Source: Kudoa neothunni (Eukaryota > Animalia > Cnidaria). From it: 64,000 nt of DNA. Numbering within the stretch: the stretch's first letter is position 1; the number at the start of each line of letters is the position of its first letter. Under the pieces are notes generated by a model. It did not search any database. It was given only the letters and a program-made list of their open reading frames with translations, and was not told the origin of the DNA. Of the stretch, positions 1-11,684 are shown piece after piece. The stretch is from NCBI GenBank assembly GCA_964304625.1, contig OZ199840.1:1900532-1964531 (forward strand), written 5' to 3'. A program made the position numbers and the translations under genes.

Positions 1-9
1 CTCTAATTT

Positions 10-3000
10 CTATTTTTCCAGTAACCAAAGTAAAAAACCAATTCCAATAAAAATGATAGCAGCTGGAATCACAACTGCAACAATTCTAAATGCAATAATT
101 AAAAAAGTAATTCCAGGTTACTTTACATCGAATTTTTAGATCTAAATAAATGTATAATGATATTCACGTATTAAAGTTACGTTGATTTATTCGAGGCTTC
201 ACCTATATTTATTAATAATATTCAAATTATTGAACATTTGATACAACAATAAAAATAAGCTACCCTGATTTATTTCCCCGATTCCATAGATACTTTCGTT
301 TCCACTAACAAATACCGCCAAATGATAATTGTTGATGTCTTCGACCTCGGTAATGGTGAATTCATTGCATGGAGGAAACACCCTACAACCTTCACCAACT
401 GTCATGCATTTTTTTATGATCGGATTAGACATATCCTCCGAATTTGTTAATTTCCATTTGCATAACGAATTTGAATTCACGCCTTCTGGTAGTATTGTTT
501 TTACATTTAAAGTTTTGTCAACACGTGTGATCACCACTGTTATTTCCTTTTTAGGGTCCGAAGGAGATTTGAGAAGTGGGTCTAATTTAACCTTCGTTAT
601 TAAACTAGTAAATTACATTTATAACATAATTCATTTATTAATAAATTTGGATAATTTTTTTCAAAAGGTATATTTATTCGTAAATAAAGATATAATTTTA
701 GATGAAACATTACTTTTAGGTATATCTATTGTAACTTCAATAGACCTGTCGACAGCCGTCACTAAAACCTGATATTCTTTTTCTGCTTCGTAACCTTCAC
801 TAAATACGATATTGCTACATAAAGGCAATGTTTGACAAGTAGGGATTCTGGTGTTGGTAGTTGTAGGTGTTACATTTGTTGATTGTTTGTCCGCCGATCT
901 AGCCACTCCTATTTTAGAGAGTATTGATTTTGCAGGAGCACTTCCAGTATTTACTACTGGAGGCGCAGCAGGGCATTCGTATATTGAATCATATGATACG
1001 CCTCTCTTAACTTTTATTTTGTAATGACAAACGGCCGTTGGATATGGCAATGATAATGAGCCTATCACTTGGAACCCTTTGTCCAAAAATTTCTTGTGAA
1101 GTGTAAGCGTTGACATTTCTTAATAATCATTTATTTAATTTCAAATAAGCATTTTGTTACTTGTAGTGATTTCATGAACTTTGAAGCCGTAACCAGTGTG
1201 TGCAACTACTTTGAGATCATACTCCGTTCCTGGACTTAATCCCACAATAGTTTGAGGTTCTCTACAATATCCTCGGCAAGGATAACTATCTGAACACATT
1301 GCACATACATAAACGTCCTTCCCTCTAGGACTAAGATAGTAAGCACAGGTGATATCTTCTTTGGAAGCTACGGCTGCAACCTCAAGTGCTTTTATAGTGA
1401 AACTTGTATCACGTATGGTTGGTGTAACGTCGGGAAATGTAGTTGCTCCGGCATTTTCTAAATAATTCTAAGCTTTTAATTAACGATTTATTTATACTTG
1501 TTCTGAAAAATATATGCTCTTTAAATCCAGAAGGAACTTTGTTAGAACCCGAGTCAGTCGCCGCTGCTTTAATTTCAAGAATATAAGGTTTTCCGCTTGG
1601 TAATTGTAATATTGTTAATGCTGCATTACACTCCTCAACACAATGTTGGTCACTAACAGAAGCAGTACATTTAGCTCTTGTAGTAACAGCAGTTGGCGTG
1701 GGTTTGTCAGCAGCGTAATAACTTACAGTGCATGTTGAAAATTTTGGCGCTGTAGATGGATTAAATAAATGCACATTTAATGTAACACCAGTAGATGAGT
1801 CAGCTGATAGTAATTCTCCAGAACTACCTTCAGCAATAGTTTCAGTAATCACTATATATATTTGATTAGATTATTATTATTCATTTAATACCAAATTTCT
1901 TTTGTTTGTAACCCTCGTAATCAGTACCAGCAGTATTTTTTTGTAGTGAGAAATGTCTTGTTTGTATCAATATTTCAACAACGCTTTTAGAATTTGTGAA
2001 AATAAGCTCCACATTATTGCATGGGGCAAAACATGGTTTCTCTGTCCCTCCACAATTCGACGTATATTCATTAGAAGAACTACTGCTAATTTGAGTTGAT
2101 ATTAGTTTAATTCCAAACCGACAAATTTCAAATGGGAATTTATTTGTGAATTTTAATAAGTATTTAGTTTTCTCGGTGTTGCTGTACGTCACATAATACT
2201 GTGGTATATAAACACCGGTGTTCATCAAAGTATATTTATTTTGCAGTTTATAAAAGAAACTTGGATAACCCGCGCATCTCATTTCATAATGTGGTATCAT
2301 TACATCAAATTCTACTTCATTGACACTATTATTCGCAGTGCAACTACCTCCAACTGTTCCTGCGGCATATTCAACATTCTTGTAATATATGGGGCATGCA
2401 ACTGGTTTACATGTTTTCGTATTTAATTTCAATTTTTTATCATCTGTAATACTAATTGTTACTTGCGGATTTACCAAAAGCGCTATAAAAGTTATTATAA
2501 ATAGTACAACAAGAGAAATTTACGTATTTCCAATCCAAAGACAGTTCCACCAGTGGTTTTTGCAGCGGCACCTGAAACGTCAGTTGCGTCAAAAATTGCG
2601 GCATATTTTGTTCTTGGAGAAAATTCGTTGAATGTTAATTTGTTATTTGTTCCAATGCATGTTATAACACACTTTCCATCTGTAGCACCGGTATTAGTTT
2701 CAGGACAAGGATTGATATCTTCGTATGCCGCACCAGCCTCATTTGACTTTTTAATGTAGCACTTGTTTGTAGAAGAGTAACTTCCTCCGCTTAATGTTAA
2801 ATGGATTTTTATATCACTACTCTCTTTAAAAAGTTTGTAAGATAGAGAGTTGGTTGTCGCTGCTGGAGCAGTGCTCCGTTGTTCTTCTGCATTTAGCAGG
2901 AAGAATTTGACTATTATCAATTTAAAAATTTTTTAAAGTAACGTAAATTTTTACAATTTAAGATAATAAAAATTCCAAGGAACCTTATAAAAGGATTCAT
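10..3000 (-). CDS. Cell-surface protein (about 836 aa): signal peptide, about 7 Cys-rich fibronectin-III-like modules, C-terminal TM/GPI-type hydrophobic tail
   Basis: Hand-spliced exons 3000-2955, 2910-2524, 2482-1892, 1851-1498, 1457-1161, 1118-714, 581-264, 202-181, 141-127, 85-10. All introns are GT-AG and the total is 2511 nt in frame. N-terminus MNPFIRFLGIFIILNFKFFLLNA. FN3 tyrosine-corner-like motifs GLSPGTEYDLKVVA, FSPRTKYAAIF and LPSGKPYILEI. C-terminus IIVAVVIPAAIIFIGIGFLLWLLEK*. The acceptor at 582 is the least certain junction. Confidence 0.8.
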
Positions 3001-3069
3001 TTTATTTAAGATAATCCATTCCGAAAATTTTTGTCCAATGCAATCAATCAAATAGCCTGTAATCAATGT

Positions 3070-3097
3070 ATTGTACCGAACAAGTGTTCGGTACAAT
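3070..3097. promoter_or_regulatory. Perfect 13-bp inverted repeat 70 bp upstream of the surface-protein ATG
   Basis: ATTGTACCGAACA-AG-TGTTCGGTACAAT. The palindrome is certain; a regulatory role is inferred from position only. Confidence 0.35.
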
Positions 3098-5499
3098 CAT
3101 AAAACTTAGTTTATAATCTTGCCTAAAAGATGTATAGTAACTAAAAAAATCGAAGATATGTTTATTGTCATATTAATTTAGAGGATGTATTTTTTCATTA
3201 TTAAAGTTACGATGCACAGTCAACTAAAAATTAATGAATTATTTAGTTTTTAAAGCTATCTGGATCCTAATTTTGAAGATTTACAATAATGAAATCATAG
3301 ATGGGTAATGTACGATGTGCATAAAATAATAAAATAACTGAGTCATTCAGAAAATTTTAAATATTAATTCAAATAATACCAAATGTATAATACTTTTCAG
3401 ATATTTCTTGTTTAATTAATGAAGTATTTTATTTGATAACCTAATGTGATATTGTTTCGACGGAAAACAAAAAATCTTAAAATAAAATCAATATTAAGTC
3501 GGATATAATGAAGTATAAAAGTAATTTATCAACACTTTGAGACAAATATTCGGTAAAAAAATACAACAAACAAACTGAAAACTAGAAATAAATCCAGGTT
3601 TGCATTTAGTGTGCGCAAATTTCATATTATTTTGGCGCGTAAATAAACAAAATATCATCAAGATCCTAACCACACGTCAGTATTTAGAAAACGCATCTAT
3701 TTAAATTCTAGACTCAATCAAACGTATTAATTTTCTAAAGTCTCAAAAAACCATCCTCAGAGGTCTTTTGGAGTCAAATTGAACCCAGATTGTTACTTAG
3801 CAAATTGGTTACAAAAATTGTTACAAACTCAATTTTCTTGTATTTTTCGTTTCTAACGACTAGGTTTCCAGTAAAACAATGTAACGTGTAAAATTAATAA
3901 AGGTAAATCATTTAAGTATCTATTCATATGCTATTAGCAAGTGATCGTAAGCATAAGTTATTGTTTAGTAATTAATTTATTGTTCAACATAATAAATACT
4001 TTTGGTTCTTCCGTTAGAAAATAATATTTGTATTTTAATTTTTTCAACAAAAACTTAATATATAACATAAATAAACAATTATTCTTTATTTTCACGAAGA
4101 CCATAATATTTTTTCTGTATGTTCTTGCCCTGAATTTTAACTAATTGTAGTCTCGTATTCAAATCTAATTGAGTGACTATCGATATGTGAATGTGGTGAA
4201 TTCAATGAAATCAAAGCTAGAATTATTAGAAAGCGTGCCCGACAACTGCTTTTTGGAATCATCAGAAGACTCATGCTAATCATTGGAGACAGGAGTAATT
4301 GGAAATTTGAATGTCAGTAAATATGGAATTGCTTATGATCTCTCAAGAAGGCGTCTCTTTCCACAACGACGATACATACGCAAGGAGTATAAGATTAATT
4401 CTATTTCCATTAGTTTTGTATTTATTAAGCGAATAACTAAATTTTAATCAATCGTGTTATCTTTTTATATTTTATTTTACAACAAAATTAATGAATACGA
4501 CTGATTCTAGCGCGTAAAAGCAAATTCTACAGCATAGAAAGAATTTAATGCTAGATAAGATTTATAAAATAAGTTATTAATTATAAATAGCTTTTTACTT
4601 TATTATTCATATTTATTTGTGGTAAAAAGCGTTTTGGAAAATGATTTCACTATTAGAGAAAACAAGTTATCAATGAGTCCTGACAACATGACTGATGATG
4701 TAATAATGGGTCATTTTTATGTTTTTTCTCCTTACAATAGAAAATGTTTGTTGGGATTCATAACTTTGATAATCTCATAATACCATTGACATCAAAGTTC
4801 AACTTTTTGTTCATTTTAAGTTGAACTATGTCAGGGTTATCAAAAGTGTGGACGCAATGTTTTGCGACCGTTCTTTATTTAGCACCAACTACCGTGTAAC
4901 CACCTACTAAAATTGGTAAAACTATCTGAGGTCAGTATAAAAACACCTATGATCCTCATGTAGGTTATAAAAAATAATTCAACCGACTCAAAACATAATG
5001 TTGCATCTGAATATGGTGAATATAATAAGGAACGGCGATGCATCAACTGACCCCCCTCCCCGCGTACATCGAATAAGATAATGGATAAAACTGTATTAAA
5101 TTCATTCAAATTCATAATAAAATCAACATTTATAAAAATAATAACTACGGAAAAAAGAGTTGACAGATAAATTATTGCATACTTTAACTAACTTAGTGGA
5201 AATGATTGTAGAAAATTCCGCTATTAACAACTAATTCAAACTTAGTTTTATTATGAAAGAAGTTAAAACTATAGGTAGGCCCAAGGTAATGAATAATTAT
5301 TTTGAATTTGATAAATAACGTCGTTATATCATTGTGGTATGTCGAAAAAAATGAATCATTTTGTTTGAAAAATTATTGCGGATTATTCGTTTTATAACAT
5401 ACAAAAATAACGGAAATAAAGTTAATCTTATAATATTCGCCCAAGCACCATTGTTGTGGAAAGAGACACTATCTCTCAAAATACCTCGAAAAAACCCAT

Positions 5500-6302
5500 T
5501 TCGGCCGAAAACGTTTTGGACTTAACTCATGGTCCTATGACTCATTGGTATTAACCGATCCATAATATTTTGACTGTTTTTTCATATTTTTTTGAAACTA
5601 TCTGTAACAAAATAATCATTTACACTTATGTTTTGGGGAAAAATCATTTGTAAGAAGAATGGATAAATTATCTATTTTATTGATTTGAACAGTTACTTGG
5701 GTATCCTCATTCTAATGACTAAGACAAGGATCATAAACAGCTCATCTCTGAACCATTCAGCTTGTCAAAAGGTGGGGGAGATATATCGAACAATGTAAGG
5801 ATTGTTCAAATAGTTAGATAATTTAGATATAATTTAAAAAAATGTAAATAATTGATTTTTTCGTGGGAAATAGATGTTTTGTCATTTATCAATGAAGACA
5901 ATTCCAGCAAAACATCATTTTCCTTAAGATAATTTGCAAAAAGGATCTGAAATCATTAATGGGGTATTAACGAGGATGGAATGATATATCAATCATTATA
6001 TTACCAAAAATTGAGTCAATAAAATTCGAATATACTATTACTTTACTTTATGAAACTTTGTTTGTAGCAAAATCGTAAAATAACAACTAGAGGTCAATTT
6101 AGCTCCAGAATTCCGCCGAAGATAAAAATTTTGTTTCATACTATTATTGTGATTATTTTTTTCTTTAATTTTACTGTTATATATTGTACACAAATTTAAG
6201 AAAGTAGAAACGAAATGTTAAATTTTAAGGAGCACATTACAGTAATATTGGTTTTAATTATATTCTGGGGTCAATTTAACTCCAAAGTCGTCGGAAATTT
6301 AA
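5500..6302 (+). mobile_element. Degenerate piggyBac relic
   Basis: 5530-5790 resembles the 5' transposase region of the piggyBac at 52430-52680 (tgactgttttttcatatt vs ggactgtttttttatatt). Subterminal-like repeats at about 6090 (aggtcaatttagctcc...gaagataaaaattttgtt) and about 6267 end near a TTAA at about 6302. Confidence 0.5.
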
Positions 6303-7299
6303 TTGCTATCATATCCGCATTAGCCACTTCTCCTAGGAGCTTCTGAGTTTTAAACTACGTGGCTTTTTGAAATTACAAACCCATGCATTACTAGAACAGT
6401 AATATTTGATTTGATACTTATTTGTTATTAGAATTTCCTTTTCCTTAATATTGAATTTTGAGGTGTTTTTTTCTCGCATGATAACAATCCAATTATATAC
6501 CTTAGTCACAATCTGAGTGTATTTTACATGAAAAGCTCGTATTTGGTCAACTAAAATATCATAACAGATAAGATAATATTTTTTATAATATTCTACCAAG
6601 AGAGGACTGACCTATTCTCACTTGTTGAAAGCAAAAATCTAACAATTACTCGGTACATTAAAATGCTTCATAATCATAATTTTGACACCCGATATCGCTT
6701 TTGTCTAATCGTAATATTGAGTTAATCGTATTTTTTCTTCTATGCTTCTCAGAGAAATTCCCAACATTACTTTTTTAATAAGTTAGTATGGGATTACCCA
6801 TATTATTTCATCAAAAAAGTCACGAAATGTCGAGATCATCAATTTCCATAAATTTGAATTTGAATTATTTGATTTACCCCAAAATTATGTATAACATTAT
6901 TCAAATTGTTAACTACGAAATGGCAAACTCAGTTAAAACTATTTAAATTAGAAAACAATGAAAATTCATTAATTACGCTATATCGAGGCCTTACTGTACC
7001 TATATAGTACAAAACTAAGCAGAAAAAAATCTAATCCATACAGATCAATAGAAACTTCTTCATCGAGTTTAATCACGCTAACAATCTTCAAAAAAGAATT
7101 ATAAAATAAAGCAACGAAAGAACTAGGCGTATTTCTAATCTAACCGTTAATATTACTCATTGAAATTTACTATAAATATCTGCTGAAAAAAGAAATAATA
7201 AAGGCGTTTATAGACAAAAAGAAAGCAAATACAATATACAACTAGAAGAGCCTAAAATATAAAATGTTCTACTGAACCCATGGACTGAGAACGCCGGAG

Positions 7300-9860
7300 T
7301 TAATGTGGTTTGGTGGTAACATTGCTTCCATATATACAATTTAAAAAATTCCATGCAGATTTGGTAATGGAAATATCATGATAATCTTTCGTACCATTCC
7401 ACAACAGGTTTAAATTTTTGACATTGCCGTTCATGAAATCTACATATTGTCGCCATTTCTCGTACCAAACAGAGCTAATATAAAATTTTTGAGGGCCATT
7501 ATATGTGGGGAAAGAGTTTGATTGGGAGGAAGAGTCGCAAGTTTGTTCATAATCAGATGAGTCGCGTGCCAAGGAGGCATCAGAGGAAGAGGAATTGAGT
7601 GAGAAAAATTGGCGTTTTTCTGTTTGGAGTGAGCGATAAATCTTCTAAAACAACTAAGTCTTTGCTATTGATCAACATAAAACATTATACCAAACAATCA
7701 TGACATTGATCATCGACTGTCAGCAACCGACCACAAGAGTAGTTTGAGTTGAGACTGCTCCATTGTTGAGAGGATACAGTCGAGAAAATTTGATTTTTTA
7801 GGTCGAAAATAATTGGGTTCATCTCTAAAAATAACACCACTAAATAAATGCTCATCTATTTCGACAACCACTTTGATGTGTACACATGTAGATTTGATTA
7901 TCGAAACACAACGGACGTACATCATATTCCAGTTTGACGAGGAATTGATACGGTATGAGTATATTGTGATGGGAATCGCCATTTTTCGAGGAACCCATCT
8001 TAAACAATATAAAGAGTGTTAACTGAAACTCGAATGTTACTTCAAATTGAGTTTTAATTTGAATTTGATCTCGAGCATGGAAAATTGGTTTTTGGGTAAG
8101 TGTTCGATTAGGAATTCTTCTAGAAAATCAGAAAAAATATGATTCCGACCACTCCAACTAAACAACATTTACTTGTAGAACAAGAGATAAGGATGGTCGA
8201 GGGTGATTTTGGTGATGTCATTGACTAGAAAACACGTGTTATCGAAATTGTTTATCAAATATGCCAAGTTATTTCAGTGTAAATACTTCTCATCACTTTT
8301 CTGTCGTTGAATAAATACCAAATCGCATTACATTCCATACGGAGGTACACATAGTAATGGCCAACTAAAATATAAAAGAATTGGTTGAATGAGTATTGTT
8401 TCATTGACATAGTTACAATTAAGTGTTCCTGAATGGCATAATATGGCGTATAATTGATAATCGGTTGAACCCCACAGATTCACATCATAGTCCTCAACCA
8501 AATATTTTGACAGAGATATCTGATCGAAGGGGAACGAAACTTGATTGCTCAGTTTGAAACATTGTCTCATTGAGAAGGTGAATCTCGATAGATGAAACAC
8601 CAAAATCTATATAGAACAAAATGGATAGAGAGTTGAGTTGTTACGCACAACAAAAACCAACAAACGTACATTTGGAGCTTTGGCAATAGCGCAATATTTA
8701 ACCGCATCCACATACCTACACAAGAGATGCATTTCTATCACAGTTAACGCACAAAGATGTATGTTACTTTTTACAATGTGCACAATAGTACTGATAATTG
8801 TTGGTTAGGAACTCTCGATCGAAATAACGATCCAAACAATCATACAAGCTGGTTTTATCGTAATAGGAAAGATTAAGTCTAAATGTAGATGAGAGTTGTT
8901 ATAATTAATGCGCCAATCTACAAGTATCGTAAAAATAGTCCAACCGATTTTGAATAATGAGCGAATTGAGAGAAAAGCGTAGGTCTACTGGGTAGTTCAT
9001 TTTCTAGGTGGTCTTTGAGGGACAATGATAATTCCATAAATGGTTGCATGGAGAGCGAACTTTGAGAGCATTCTTCACACACAATACGATATTGCAATTC
9101 TCCCATAAAAATACCATCTAGCGGATTGTAGCCTAAAACAATTATTGTTGTTATTGTTATTTATATGAGTATGAATAGAAGAAGATGAACAATACGGTTT
9201 CCAAACAACCATATTTCTAATTAATAAATGATGAGATGATATTACTTGGTGTATTTTTATTTGATGAGCTAACAGTCAACTCCTCGTAAATTATTCGATA
9301 AAGGAAACTCAAAAATTCCTGTGAATCCTATATAACCCATTACACATAGAATGAAAATTGAATATTTAATTTTTTATAGACCGAATTTAAAAAATCACCT
9401 GTTGTTCAAGAACATTGAAAGATTGAGACAAGCTTTGAAACTTGATAAGGAATTCTTTAGGACACAACACCGAATTGCTTGAATCGAAACTATCAATTAA
9501 TTTGATCACACACAACCAACTCGTATATACGTTCCATTTTTCCACATCTCATGTAGTAGAACCATAAACTGAAGTGTTAAGGAATCTTTTTTGAGGAATA
9601 TCAAAATTGGTATTTTATATTTTTGGAATAAATCGACAAGTATTGGCCTAAATAATATTTGTTGTGCGTCAACTAGAAATTAACACTAAAAATGGTGGGT
9701 GTATGCGTACGTGTGAAGTAAAACTTGAAGCACCGCATTAGCATAGCAAGTGTTACCGAAATTTTTCATTCCCTTAAGACCCCCTAAAAATCATAGATAG
9801 ACAAAAAATGAATAGATTGGGTTGGATGGAAAATAATTACTGTCTGTTTTAGTCGATCTG
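7300..9860 (-). CDS. USP20/33: Ubiquitin-specific protease, USP20/USP33-like (USP domain plus two C-terminal DUSP domains), multi-exon, 5' end uncertain
   Basis: Cys box GLKGMKNFGNTCYANAVLQ (9783-9712), QQDSQEFL, His box HSGTLNFGHYYVY..WYLFND. DUSP1-like ILIPYQFLVKLEYDVRPLCFDNQIYMCTH and DUSP2-like FYISSVWYEKWRQYV...ITKSAWNFLNCIYG. Checked introns are GT-AG and keep frame. Confidence 0.82.
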
Positions 9861-10339
9861 TCATAAAATGAAACAATGGTTGAGGGAAAATCGAATAACA
9901 TTTAATTTTACTAAATAATCCCCAATTAAAATAAATGTTATCATTTATTTGAAAAATTGGCATTAAAAAATGAAAGCGCACTAGCAGACATTACAATAAA
10001 CAAATAATCGGTTTGCATACACTTTTTGTAAACCTGTACTGGGTGCGATAGGTGAACAACCCAAACCAAATACTCCCACGCGACACCAAACGATAACAAA
10101 CGAGAATTAACAAAATCATTTGTCGATAAACTCTACGATAGCTGTTAAGAGAGATAATGTTTTCGAGCGTTAATAATGTTAGGTAGTTTCTCTTTCTTCT
10201 CCACGAATACGGCAGATTTGGGTTTGATTAATGAGTTGCGCTGTGGCAGAGATTTATTATCTTCATCTGGTGGTCTTTTGATTCAACCTCAATTGAGATG
10301 TCTTCAGATGTGGGGAGGTTAGCTGCTTGATCACCAACA

Positions 10340-10789
10340 TCATTCGCTGGTAGTGGAACGTCCACTTCCTTCATAAACTCCTGAATTATCCTGTAACCAT
10401 CCTTTCCAACCGGAATGGGACACGTCTTTCTCATCGAAATATAATTGCCGCACGCCTGACACATATTGTCCTTTTGATAGTGTAAGGTGTTGGTGAAGTT
10501 GGTTGGTTTTTTGTAGTGGTGCTGGTGTTTGATCGTCACCTTCGTTATCCTCATCTTCATCTGATTGGGCATTCTCCATGCTTGGTGCAATCAAATTGAT
10601 TGGGACAGCTTCCAGTGTTGAGTTTGATTGGTTCATCACCTTTTGGTTTGGTGACGCCGATATGGGCATAGTTGGCCCTCCACCGCCGCCAGGTGATTCG
10701 CTTGAAGATGACGTTTTTTGACGCTTGATCACACATCCCAAACAACAGCGAGCCAAACTCACCAAAAATACCAATCTTAGAATATCCAT
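10340..10789 (-). CDS. Orphan putative secreted protein (149 aa as one ORF; 3' end ambiguous)
   Basis: Signal-peptide-like MDILRLVFLVSLARCCLG, then KR, Ser/Gly tracts and acidic DEDEDNEGDD; coding-like composition. Confidence 0.55.
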   Translation of the reverse strand: MDILRLVFLVSLARCCLGCVIKRQKTSSSSESPGGGGGPTMPISASPNQKVMNQSNSTLEAVPINLIAPSMENAQSDEDEDNEGDDQTPAPLQKTNQLHQHLTLSKGQYVSGVRQLYFDEKDVSHSGWKGWLQDNSGVYEGSGRSTTSE

Positions 10790-11194
10790 TTTTTCAAACA
10801 GGTTGGATTGAAATTGTTTTATTCCAATAGAACGCTTCTATTCATCACTGTCGTTCAGCTAACCTCATTCCCATGCATTCTATTCATACATCTCTTGAAA
10901 ATAATTTTGGTAGTCATAACAAAGACTTTATTTAGAATTTTTGTATTCTACTTGATTTCCAGCATTATCCATTATCACTCTGTTTTATTACTAAGCACAG
11001 ATTTGCCACCAGGTTTCTAGTACATTCGTTCGTATGCGACCAAAATAGGTTAAATTTGCTTGCAATCCTTCTATACGATTCTATACTACAACAATAGTTT
11101 CAAGTAGAGGGAATCTTTATTGCTACAATTGGAACAATCATCCTAATTTAAAGTCAAGTCGTGGCAACCAACTGTCTCTAAGTTCACTTTAAAA

Positions 11195-11684
11195 CAGGGG
11201 TCGGTAACCTATGGTTCCCAACAAATTTTCAATTTAAACAAATGCTTTGTTGGACTTCTTTGCGAGTATTGCTGTAATATACAATGTTCGGCTTTACGTA
11301 TTCATGTGTGCAATATTTCCACCTCCAAAAGACATAGAGACTAAACTACGGTCAGGTTTAACGGACGCAAGTCTCAACACCTGCATGAATCTTAATCTTA
11401 CCAAGTATCAATCAGACTACAAAGCTATCTGCAAATTCATGCAGAACTCGAAGCCGCGTTAACAATGAGAAATATTCTTCATTGATTTGCAATAGCGTAA
11501 TAGTACTAACGCAATTAAATAGAATTTAGTGGCTTGTTTTATCTTAAAGTGTTTTGATTGTATAAAATTCACGCATCTATATATATTTTTAGTTTTAAAA
11601 CATGTTGTATGGCTCTCATGGAATTAGGTTTAAAAAATATGTAGCCTTTGTGGTTCTCTCATCAAAAAAAGTTACCGACCCCTG
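11195..11684 (+). mobile_element. hAT (Buster/Charlie-type) internal-deletion derivative
   Basis: TIRs CAGGGGTCGGTAAC ... GTTACCGACCCCTG. The interior encodes a hAT C-terminal dimerisation fragment, TKLRSGLTDASLNTCMNLNLTKYQSDYKAICKFMQ. TSD is imperfect (ctttaaaa vs ccttaaag, offset by 2 nt). Confidence 0.8.

Noticed and set aside
3077-3090. CGAAC-N4-GTTCG matches the Gram-positive LexA box and loosely a steroid response element
   Set aside because: Eukaryotic context, and the spacer is wrong for a GRE; likely coincidence within a palindrome.
10505-10513. A6C slippery-like site in the secreted orphan gene
   Set aside because: The heptamer is not in the phase required for -1 frameshifting from the signal-peptide frame.
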